A stretch of 64,000 nucleotides of DNA, taken from Hormiphora californensis (lineage: Eukaryota; Animalia; Ctenophora). The notes under the pieces are model-generated. The model did no database searches, was not told the origin of the DNA, and saw only the letters and a list, made by a program, of their open reading frames with translations. Below, one piece after another: positions 1 through 41,569 of the stretch; position 1 is the first letter of the stretch, and each line of letters starts with the position of its first letter. The DNA is taken from assembly GCA_020137815.1 (NCBI GenBank), contig CM035357.1, positions 6,200,001 through 6,264,000 on the forward strand, read 5' to 3'. A program made the translations under genes and the position numbers.

Positions 1-886
1 CTCGGACCACATGAGCTACGACCATCAGTAGCGTGTTCAGTGTGGTTAGGTCTGGGGTTTCAAACGATTTAATGACCGGACCTAGTCGATCGATTGCCAC
101 ACGTAGTTTACCCCATGGGACTTGTCTCAAGTCAGTGACCTTGATGAGGCTCGGTTCATCAAGGAGTTTTTGGAACAGCTCTCTGGTTTCAGGGTCAGGC
201 GCTTGTTCTTCGTTTTCCACTGGGTTTGTAGGTGCAACGGGTTCTGGAGGTGGGTTGTCCTCTGGCTCAGCCTGCCGGGCCGCGTTGTCTCTCTCACGTT
301 CAGATGTGGCCGCTTCTCTGATTTCCATAAGCCTTTGTGGTGAGAGGAGTCCCGTATGAGTTATAGAATTCATTTGGGATCTGAGCTGGGTATCAGTCTT
401 GGAGGGGTAGGTTGTCTTTAACCATCTCTCCTCCACTCGATTCCACACTCCTCTTATTTCCGGTTGTGAGTACCAGTGGATGAACACGAGCGTAGTGTTC
501 ATTTCTGTGGTCCATTTCGTTCGTGGCGCTCTAGTTGGGGGAGGGGGCGGGGTGTCTGTGTTGTCCCCATTTGTTGTTGTACTCGGACCAGCGGTGTTAC
601 TATTAACCGTGAGGTCCACTACCGGGAGTACGTTTAGGCCAGTTGCTAGGGCTTGCATATCTGTCATCTCCGTCGGAGTCACCATGTGTTCAGATTTCTC
701 TATAGATCTGAACTGCCCAGCGAGTTTTTTACCTGGCAGTGGGTCATATCCTTTATCTTCCCACAGGCGTTCTAGCCTCTTCCAGGATCCGGATGTGCCT
801 GGGTTACTGCGATAGTAGCAGTATACCAAGTCTAGGTTCTCTTGCTTAGACCAGACCTTCCTTGGTTTTCGGATGTTTGTACTCAT
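1..886 (-). mobile_element. N-terminal part of the ORF of an R4/Dong-like (restriction-like endonuclease) non-LTR retrotransposon, running off the window start; one 1-nt frameshift at T-run 725-729
   Basis: From ATG 886 it reads MSTNIRKPRKVWSKQENLDLVYCYYRSNPGTSGSWKRLERLWEDKG. After the shift it reads LAGQFRSIEK...RTKWTTEMNTTLVFIHWYSQPEIRGVWNRVEERW...QLRSQMNSI and stays open to base 1. These are two copies of the R-x-W-(S/T)-x-E-x-N Myb-like motif typical of R4/Dong N-termini. RT and endonuclease domains are outside the window. Confidence 0.7.
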
Positions 887-1174
887 GTCGGATAAGATGA
901 GTAAGTTAGGGGGTGAGTTTCAAACCAATCACTGTGTATACATAGTCATCGGTTTGTTGAAAGAAGAGCCGGGTTTGGGGGTCTTAACACTGACACCGGT
1001 GAGCAGCGGTAACGGAATCCCACCGCCACATTTGGTCCGTTAGTAGATGGTTTGCCCGTCCATCCTTGCAGCTTTTCAGCACGAACCGACACTTTCAGCG
1101 TACGGGTGTGTATCTATATAATATGTCTATATGGTGGATCTGGGACAGGGGCCAGTGTGAAGCATTATGATCAA

Positions 1175-2240
1175 CGGGAACGGGGTAAACTATCCTTTCT
1201 GGGACGGGGCAACTATCCTCTGTGAAGCTGGGTAAACTATCCTCTCTGGGACGGGGTAAACTATCCTCTCAGGAACGGGGTATGGGGTAGACTATCCTCT
1301 CTGGGACGGGGCAACTATCCTCTGTGAAGCGGGGTAAACTATCCTCTCCGGAATGGGGTAACTATCTTCTCCGAAACGGGGCTACTATCCTCTGTGAAGC
1401 GGGGTAAACTATCCTCTCTGGACCGGGGTAAACTATCTTCTCAGGAACGGGGTATGGGGTAGACTATCCTCTCCGGGGCGGGGCAACTATCCTCTGTGAA
1501 GCGGGGTAAACTATCCTCTCTGGGACGGGGTAAACTATCTTCTCAGGAACGGGGTCTGGGGTAGACTATCCTCTCCGGGACGGGGCAACTATCCTCTGTG
1601 AAGCGGGGCAAACTATCCTCTCCGGAATGGGGGAACTATCCCCTCCGGAACGGGGCTACTATCCTCTGTGAAGCGGGGTAAACTATCCTCTCCGGGACGG
1701 GGCAAACTATCTTCTCAGGAACGGGGTATGGGGTAGACTATCCTCTCTGGGGCGGGGCAACTATCCTCTGTGAAGCGGGGTAAACTATCCTCTCTGGAAC
1801 GGGGTAAACTATTCTCTCTGAACGGGTACAATCCTAACTGGATCGAGACCCTATTAATGAAATTAACTATCCTCTCTGGAACGGGGCTACTATCCTCTGT
1901 GAAGCGGGGTAAACTATCCTCTCTGGGACGGGGTAAACTATCCTCTCAGGAACGGGCTATGGGGTAGACTATCCTCTCTGGGGCGGGGCAACTATCCTCT
2001 GTGAAGCGGGGTAAACTATCCTCTCTGGAACGGGGTAAACTATTCTCTCTGATCGGGTACAATCCTAACTGGATCGAGACCCTATTAATGAAATGGAATA
2101 GGGGTTTAGCAGATTAGTATCAGGATGGTTAGTGGTTTAGTAGGTAAAGGGGCAAGGGAGGTCCACAGGGTAACTATCCTCTGTGGAGCGGGGTAAACTA
2201 TCCCCTCTGGAACGGGCTTAACTATCCTCTAAGGAACAGG
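1175..2240. repeat. Higher-order tandem repeat of ~22-29-bp subunits (ggggtaaactatcctctc...), probably the retroelement 5' UTR
   Basis: Dozens of copies of the core actatcctct with alternating gtgaagcgggg and ggaacgggg flanks. It lies between the ribozyme and the ORF ATG. Confidence 0.9.
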
Positions 2241-2489
2241 GTAATGAAAAGGGTTAGGGGGTTAGTAGATTAGTATCAGGAGTGGTTAGTGGGTTAGTAG
2301 ATAAAGGGGCATTGGAGGTCCACAGGTGGCTGGAAGGTGCCTGTTCCACGGGTAACCCTAAGCCGGGGAAGGCGGGGTAGGAACGTAATAGTTGGCGATG
2401 ATACACTGTGGGCCGCCTAGCCAAGAAGATCTTTTTTTTTTTTTTGTTGTTTTGTATTTTATGATTTTTTTCCGTATTTTTGATACACA

Positions 2490-2617
2490 GCCACGCTTAG
2501 CCACGGCCACACGGACCTGAAAATCGATCAAGGGGAAAAGGGGATGGGGAAAAGGTACTCCGTGTGACCCTGTTGCCCGGGGGAAACCGATAGGAGGTGG
2601 TGGCAGGTGGACCAACT

Positions 2618-2622
<5 letters not shown>
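2490..2622 (-). ncRNA. HDV-like self-cleaving ribozyme at the 5' end of the retroelement
   Basis: On the minus strand: P1 GGGGGAG/UUCCCCC, P3 ACC/GGU, L3 UCCUAUC with P1.1 CC/GG, J1.1/4 GGGCAACA as in genomic HDV, P4 GGUCACACGGA/UCCGUGUGGCC, J4/2 GGCUAA (catalytic C at 2500), and P2 GCCAC/GUGGC. Confidence 0.85.
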
Positions 2623-2660
<38 letters not shown>

Positions 2661-3072
2661 ACTCCTCCCACTCTCAGGATCAAGTACGATTTATGCTCTC
2701 CCACACTCCCTATAAATGCTCTTCACACACATTGCTACAGCCCAAACTCCCATGTTATTTATACAAAAATTCAGCTTTTGCGAGACCCAGCAAGAAGAAG
2801 TGAGTGTCGCGGGGCAGAGATAGAAACACGAGATAGTAACGGATAATATGTGTGTTTTTACCCTCAAGGCATATTTCCGCTCCTTCGTAAATTATGGTGT
2901 GACCTGCAAGTGTCACGTGGTATAACTCGCTATATCTCACGTGATTTGCGTGACCCCTAACGCGTTAGTGCGGAATGTAGCGTCACGCGTGACTCGGCGA
3001 AGCGTACTGAGCTTAGCATGGAAAGCTTCAGCGCTTGAATTATAGGACGTTTTTAAGAAAAGCCAAACTTAC

Positions 3073-10277
<7,205 letters not shown>

Positions 10278-10575
10278 CTCCTCCTTCTCCGTATAGTTAG
10301 AGAGATGTGGGGGACGAAGGAGTTGTATATATGGATCACATGATCGTCCCCAGTTTCTAATATCCGGGTTTCATCCTATAGACAGGGATATATTTGTTGT
10401 GTTCTAGTGTAAAGGGGTCGAGCTAGGCAGGGATATATATCGGGTAATGGATACGTTTACCAAACATAATGAGATAAAATACTTAGCTGACATATCAAAG
10501 CATCCTATAAACAGGGATATATTTTTAAAACAGGGATATATATATTTAAAACTAAATAACAAGCTAACTGAAAAA

Positions 10576-12246
10576 CTATAAAACCCCAACTAGTGCCTCC
10601 ACGACTCTGTCTCCGGTTAGGGGTCGTCCACCTAGGACCCTCTTCAACAGCTCCTCAGGAGGGACAGTAGAGGAACCTCTGAAGACCTCGCCCAGCTCCA
10701 CACCCTCCCTAATCAGCAGTATTGCAGCTGCACGAGCCCAGAGGTAACAGTAATAGTTACCCCTGTACCCCGACCCCAACAGAGAAAACCTCTCAGCATA
10801 CCCTGTACAAGGAGTGAAGAAGGGAAGGAATCGTTCCTGTAGTTCCAGCACACAATCAGGGTTGGAGGGTAGGGTCTGGTCCAGAGCGGCGTAAAAAGCA
10901 TCCCTCAACGTCTCTACAGCTGAATGAGGGTCTGGGGGTTGTGAGAGCAGCTCAAATACTGTACTGGGTACCTCCCTATACAGGGGAGGGCACCGCAGCC
11001 CGCTGGTACAATGGTAAGGTCGTGGTGATGAGAGGATGATGTGGAGAGCGTGCCCCCACTCATGATACAACACTGCTCTATCATGGTAGGAGAGGTCCCC
11101 TGATTCTGGGAGGTTGCAGTGTATCAGTGCGACAGAGTGCTGTACATCACTTTGTATCGTGTAAGTACATGCCCCAGGGGTCTTGTTCGGATGAGTGTAA
11201 AGATCACAGTAGATGGTTCCAATACTCCGACCATGATCTACAACTACCCAGCAATCTTTCTCCTCTCTCTCCAACTTGACACCCAATCTCTCCCCTGCTA
11301 TCAGGGCTATCCCCTCCAAGCTGTCCTCCACAGTGCACCTCTCTCGCCCCTCCATGGCCCTGCTCCGGTGGGCGGTGAGACAGTGATCAACATCCCACAT
11401 CTCCACTCTCTCGGGTGATCTCTTGTATTGTGCCAAAAACTCAACCTCAGCAGAACATATTGTACGTAACTCCGAGATAAGCCCATCAAGAACAGACAAT
11501 ACATTTTCACTTGGCGGAGTGACATTGTCTGCCAGCAGCAGCTGTTTTAGAGCGGCAGATCGTGTCGGGTGTGATTTGTAATAAACTTTCCAGGCGGACT
11601 CCCTGACATCATCAAACCTGCTGAGAGTGGCACTGAGGGGGATAGTGACCTCTGTTGGACCTGTCTGAAACTGGAGGAGGGGTGTTGGGGTTCTGGATGG
11701 GTGGAGAACTGCTGGCTTGGTGGCTGCCTTTACAAACTCTCGGTAAACACGTCCTGTCTGATAATCAGGCTGGGCTGTGGAGAGAATCTGACATTTAGCA
11801 TAATTTGACACTCCGTCTAGACCCGTCAGAAGATTCAGCTGACTGAGCAGGCCTCCTTGAGAGGTGATGTTGGAGAGGAAATCCTCAGTTTCTCTCAGGA
11901 TAATATTGTGGTGTTCCTCTTGTGAATTGTCATAACTCGTAACTGCATAATTGCAGTAGTCCCCAACGAGGGAGAGGCGGTGGGAAATTTGATCCAACAA
12001 GTTGAGTGTATGTAACGAGGGGGGTAAACTCTTAATTGCCTCTGCACATTTCTCGCAATCTATTTTAATTTTCTGCCACACTACCTGTAGCACACTCGAG
12101 TTGCTGCCCACCGGCGACGCCGCCGCTTCCCTAAATAAGAGCAAACGAGTTGTCGACGAGGGGGAAAGGTAACCGCAGGAAAATCTGACGTGAGTGTTTC
12201 TCAATGCCATAACTTTGCCAATTTCATGTAAATTAATTTTCTTCAT
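10576..12246 (-). CDS. MIPEP: Peptidase family M3, mitochondrial intermediate peptidase-like, intronless
   Basis: 556-aa ORF with GTIYCDLYTHPNK, HEWGHALH (HEXXH), SGLRC, EVPS (third Zn ligand) and GYRGNYYCYLWARA. The second Met begins an Arg/Ser-rich, transit-peptide-like stretch. Confidence 0.85.
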   Translation of the reverse strand: MKKINLHEIGKVMALRNTHVRFSCGYLSPSSTTRLLLFREAAASPVGSNSSVLQVVWQKIKIDCEKCAEAIKSLPPSLHTLNLLDQISHRLSLVGDYCNYAVTSYDNSQEEHHNIILRETEDFLSNITSQGGLLSQLNLLTGLDGVSNYAKCQILSTAQPDYQTGRVYREFVKAATKPAVLHPSRTPTPLLQFQTGPTEVTIPLSATLSRFDDVRESAWKVYYKSHPTRSAALKQLLLADNVTPPSENVLSVLDGLISELRTICSAEVEFLAQYKRSPERVEMWDVDHCLTAHRSRAMEGRERCTVEDSLEGIALIAGERLGVKLEREEKDCWVVVDHGRSIGTIYCDLYTHPNKTPGACTYTIQSDVQHSVALIHCNLPESGDLSYHDRAVLYHEWGHALHIILSSPRPYHCTSGLRCPPLYREVPSTVFELLSQPPDPHSAVETLRDAFYAALDQTLPSNPDCVLELQERFLPFFTPCTGYAERFSLLGSGYRGNYYCYLWARAAAILLIREGVELGEVFRGSSTVPPEELLKRVLGGRPLTGDRVVEALVGVL

Positions 12247-12496
12247 ATTGGCTATATCAAAATAGTGAAAGTGGAATTAGGGAGTTTCCGGTATTGCTAA
12301 TGTCTAACTAGTATGAAGGAGAGAGTAGCCGCAAGTCGTGGTTGAATAACACAGTATAAAATCGTATTTTTGCACGTAGGAATAACCAGGCCTCGATATT
12401 TAATCGCTAGATTGTATCAGACACACAGGTGCGAAGTTGGGCCATCAGCCGACGTGTTCTTGTGCGCTCGGGGTCAGGCCTCAGGCGGAGAAAGAA

Positions 12497-13790
12497 ACAA
12501 TAACAATAACAATAACATTTAACATATTTAAATCGCTTTTGAGCGAAAAGTGTATCTCGATCGACTCATACTAAAGCGTCCGCGTCCTTTCGATCAAAAC
12601 TTGCTTTCTAAAGCGCATCTTCGTATCAATGTCCTTCCGAAAGTCCTCGTTGTCCAACGGCCCCATAGGCCATGCGAATTAAGGCTTCGACGGTCAAAAC
12701 TAAGCCATATCAAAGTTTCCCCATCTCCTATATATCATAAAAGTTTTTAAACAGCGTCATGAAGTTTTCCTAAACAGCGCAACACATTTCCTGAAAACGT
12801 GCCAATGGAGTGGTTTATGAAGGAGCAGCTCGTAACTGTGTGCGCGGCTCTTGTTGCTACACCGTTGCCCCTCGCAACTAAAGTGTGACCAAAATGGTCC
12901 CTCTACCGATTAGTTAGTAAAGTGAAAGCGAAACAACAACGAACTGGCTGCGCGTCGCGCATTCGTTGCGCATAACGATCTCACCGGAGAGATTGTAATT
13001 AATGTAATATAATCATTTATATATACCACTTTATAGTGTAAAATAATGGAGCACGCACCAACAGCCTACGCTTGACATACAATAACAATAACAATAACAT
13101 TTAACATTTATAAATCGCTTTTGAGCGAAAAGTGTTTATCTCGATCGACTTATACTAAAGCGTCCTTTCGATCAAAACTCGCTTTCTAAAGCGCATCTTC
13201 GTATCAATGTCCTTCCGAAAGTCCTCGTTGTCATATAATTAAATACATAGTTAATAAGTTAATTAAAAAACAGCATAAACTGTCACATATAGTTAATAAA
13301 TAGTTAATAAGTTAATCAAAACAGCATAAACTGAACACTGAATATCCACTTTCAATTTATTTATTTATTTATTATCTCTGATATACATTACAATATAACA
13401 TGTAATATTGCACCTTCTTGCGTGCTAAAGAACTGGTTCCCGAATTGTTCTGAACATTGAAAGATAGTCTGTTTGTGATGGTTTTCAATGAAAAGGTAGT
13501 TAGATTAGGTTAAAATGGGCATGCTGCTGATAGGATATTAAGTTAATGATAGTGATTAAATTAATAAGATAAAATAGTGTAGATAAGTTAATGCTGTTAA
13601 GATTTAAAATAAGTGTAGATAAGTTTTAATAAATAGTAGATAGAAATATAAAATATGCTGATTGAAGGGTAATAATAAGTTAATTAATAGAATAAAATCA
13701 ACAGTATCCATATAATAAATTCCAAAAGTGATTCACATGCGCAACGTTGCGGGACGCGCAGCCAGTTCGTTGTTGTTTCGCTTACACTTT
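12497..13790. repeat. Composite repeat: ~155-bp direct duplication (12497-12652 and 13079-13232) and ~37-bp inverted repeats (~12920-12957 and ~13752-13790)
   Basis: caataacaataacaataacatttaacat...gtcctcgttgtc is present twice. aagcgaaacaacaacgaactggctgcgcgtc and its reverse complement bracket an AT-rich block. Confidence 0.65.
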
Positions 13791-14499
13791 ATACCAAAAT
13801 GTCGTTTTCGAATTCTAACCCTGCTATGCCTTTTTACAAAGTAAAAAGGCATCCGGGTGAATCCGGCATTCACGGAAAACGTTAAAATCTGGGTGCCTTT
13901 CATTGCTAACAATTCGCAGTTTTGGCGCGCGCGACGGGTTAGGGCTATCCGTTAGGGTCTGGTTAGGGTTTGGTTTGGGGTTACCGGTTAGGGCTATCGA
14001 TTCTAATGTAAATGTAAATGTAAATTATGCACTTAATATCCCACTCAATAGTGAATATATACCCAGAAAAAATGGTGCCAACGCACTCTCTAAAGTATCA
14101 CTTTCTCAAGTGGATTACATTGTCTTTCTGAACTTAACGCAATTTTGCTCGCAACAACCGGAGCAATTTCAAAACACAACTTATTAAAAAAACACTAAAA
14201 AAGAATAAATTAAATTGTTAATAAATTAGCCCCCGATCATACAAAAGTCCAGAACGCTTGATTTAGTATCAGTAAGGGGCCCTTACTAAGGGCGCCTGTG
14301 CATCGTCGGCACGGATTAGTGTTTCATTCGTCAAATATCGGGTCTCTCGTTCGCACTCCCATAACCAGTACCACTCCCTGCAGGGAGGGTGGGTGGTGAG
14401 AAAATGCCGATTTTCAGAACAAATACGTACCAAAGGTAGTAATGTGTTTAGTAGCTGTCCAGGGAGGGAAGATCCGGTGTGATAAAGTGGAAGGATGTG

Positions 14500-14925
14500 G
14501 AGACACGAATCCGGATGGGATACAGAAGGGAGGGTGCAAAAGCAGGAACCAAGGAGGGAGGGGGTGTAGAACCAGGTACCAAGGAGGGAGAGGGTGTGGA
14601 AACAGGTACCCAGAAGGAGGGTTCAGACACAGGGACCGAAGAGGGAGGGCGCAGAAGTAGGTACCCAGAAGGGAGGGTACAGAATCAGGACCCATGGGGG
14701 AAGGGTGTAGAGGGCGGACCTAGGAGGGAGACTGGAGAGGTGTGGAAGCAGGACCCAGGAAGCAGGACCCAGGAGGGAGGGTGCAGGAACAGGTACCCAG
14801 GAGCGGAGATGTGTAAGGCAGAAGCAGGTTCCGAGGGGGGAGAGGGTGCAGAAGCAGGTACCAAGGAGGACGGGGTGTAGAAGCAGGTACCGAGAAGGGA
14901 GGGTGCAGAAGCAGGTTCCAGGAGG
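14500..14925. repeat. Degenerate ~26-bp G-rich tandem repeat
   Basis: Recurrent gcagaagcaggtacccaggagggagggt variants. Confidence 0.7.
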
Positions 14926-15674
14926 TTTGGGGTTACCGGTTAGGGCTATCGATTCTCTAACTGATACCGTTTAGTTTACACAAATCGGCCATGTGGTTCC
15001 ATGGCTATAGCCGTTTGAAAAAAGTCGGTCTAAGTATACTCTTTTGGCAGCGCGCACCTGTAAACAGGCTGCAAGGTACCCAGATTATAATCGCGCCCGG
15101 CATTCACCCGGGCAGGGAAAAAATAAAAATCTGCCCCACTCAGCCCGGTAAAATGATGAGCAACTGAGCCGCGCATTCAAATTTCATTGCGGCGCGCGGC
15201 GTGTACAAAATCTGAAGTTCGAGACAGGCCGCGCGTTCCAACACATCCAGAAAACAAGGTAAGACATTTTATTTAGCGAGTTTTGAAATGAAATGACTCT
15301 AAATATTACAACACAATACGTTTGAATTCTACTGCACATAAAACACAACGTCAATAAACATTTTCAGCTTCTTAACTCCCAATCCCAATTAATATTATGA
15401 CTATGTATTCACATTTTTATTTCCTGATGCAACACGACAAAAAAACACCACTACAACGAGTACGAGACGCTGTTTGTCCTGGCAGTTCTCGGGAAACCTC
15501 ATTGAGATTCTCAATTCACTCTCAATCTCATTGAGATACTCGATCTCATCAAGTTAAAGACAAAAACACGAGTAGAATTGAATCTACTTCCAGGCGCCGG
15601 CGCTATTTCTAAGTTTAACTTTAAAACACACAATATATATTAACTCAGTTACATCTCATATTACTGTCTCTGTA

Positions 15675-39433
<23,759 letters not shown>

Positions 39434-40921
39434 GGCTAGAAGAAGAGAGCTCGGGTTAGTTTAGTGTTGGGACAAAAGGAGGAGAGGAACTGGGGTTAAT
39501 TGGGAATTAAATCCGCTGAAAAGAGAAGTGTTATTTGGGAGACTGGAATGGGAATTGTGGGGTGGGGGAAATAAACCAGAAGAGTATTGGACACGTTGTA
39601 GAGGTGAAATAATATATATAATAGGACAAGTTTTAGAATCTTTCAGTACAGCACTTAATAGGAAAACTCTATAAGCAGTAAGCACCACTTCTGCCAGAAG
39701 TCTTCTGTTTAGAGCGGGCTATGTAGTTTTCCGGGCACCCGTGAAATTTAACGCGAATTAATGAGGGAGATAGAGAAAGAACCAGAGAAAAGAGAGGGCT
39801 GCAGGGAGAGATGGTCATAGAGAAACACTTAGAAGTATGAGCTGGACCACACACGAGCAACTACTTTTCCACATGTCAAACCAGGGAGAATAATCAAAGT
39901 AGTACGGCTAAGTAACTACCTGTAAGGCTAAATATTTTTAGAGAGGTCATGTAATGAATGAAATGTCATGTGATGAATGAAACGTGTGAGGAGGAGCGTT
40001 ATGGAGGGCCGGGGTAAATATATAATATTGAAAGGGGCTTATGGTGAATGGTTATAACAGTAACTTTTACAAATAGTAAACATATATTCCTCACATATTC
40101 TGTACCACCATGAGTGTAACATAGGAATATCCTTCCTTTAGTTGTTCATTTGAATTGGTTATACTGATACTACGTGGGGTTGCTTCTTGTTCTACCTCGG
40201 CATTCTGTCTTGTACCTGGTAAACTTGTTATGTTCTAACCCTCCTTTACAACATGTGTCGTCATCTAGGGTTCGGCTGGTTAAGATTATCAAAGTAGTAA
40301 CATAGAGATGAGATAGAGCGATTAGACAATAGATGAGATTGCGAGAGGATTGTTTAGGAGAGTCCTGTAATGTAATGTAAAACAAGGTGGAATTGCACGT
40401 TTACTACCTTGTGATTGTAAACCTGAGATTAAAACCCGAAATGAGATTGCATTTCTCCTCCTCCCTCCACCATGCATATAACTAGCTCGCACTATTGTGA
40501 CCTACCGTTTTTACAAACAATTCCACCTCCACTCTACTTTTTCCCTCATGGCACCTATAGGGTACCTAATAACTATACCACGTGTTTTCTCCCGTTGTGT
40601 TTGTGATCTGTCTCTGTCTCTATAGCAACATGCAACATCATCACGTGGAAACGACACAATTTGTCACACAGTGTCCAGTGATGATCTATAACATCTTAAA
40701 AAGATGGCATCTTATCTTATGTTCTAACACTCCATTATCTTTATACAATTACTTATAAGTAAGATGCGGTACTAAAGTCTTATCTTCACATCTCTTAGCT
40801 TTTCTAGCTCTCTATTTGACTCCTTGACATTACTACAGCTCGCCTGAAAACAGGTTAAAATAGGGGATAGAGAGAAAAATAGAAGGAAATGGAGATAGGT
40901 AAAGAGAGCCGAGTGCAAGTG

Positions 40922-41015
<94 letters not shown>

Positions 41016-41569
41016 CTAGCTCTTGGACTATGTGATAAACGGCCACTCTATTTCAGTCTCTTGAATTGACCTCTCTCTTAAACGCTTGATCTCCTCTATA
41101 GAGTATTCTAGAAGAACTTCTAAAGCTATGATAGAGGGAGTGTGTGTACCTCCGTGATAGAGGGAGTGACCATCCATGGCCCATGCACAATCGGTAAATC
41201 GGGGTCTGACTGTAATACCTCCCTGAATTGTTATCTACAGTCTTTAGTCTTCACAATGGATCAAATCTTCCCTCCGAACGTTGTTTAAATTCGTGTGCTC
41301 TAAAATTTGACATCAGTTAGCCCATTGAAGTATTATGCAACAATAACATGAGATCACAGGAACCGGGTCAATTACTGTCAAGACAGTGTCTGACATCACA
41401 AGAGTTGAGACTTGGGATGGGAGTGAGAGAGAGAGAGAGAGAGAGATCAGAGGAAGAATAAAAGAGCGAGAGGGAATTAAAAAATTGACAAGCTTCATTA
41501 TCTAATCTAAGACCTCCCACCTTGTTGCGTGCCCCCACTGAGATTGGCCAGAATGCCTTTAACTAAGAG

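Noticed and set aside
33-815. Plus-strand ORFs at the window start
   Set aside because: They are antisense shadows of the minus-strand retroelement ORF.
13936-14000. TTAGGG motifs as a telomere remnant
   Set aside because: There are only a few interrupted copies, partly duplicated at ~14925-14955. They are more likely part of a dispersed repeat.
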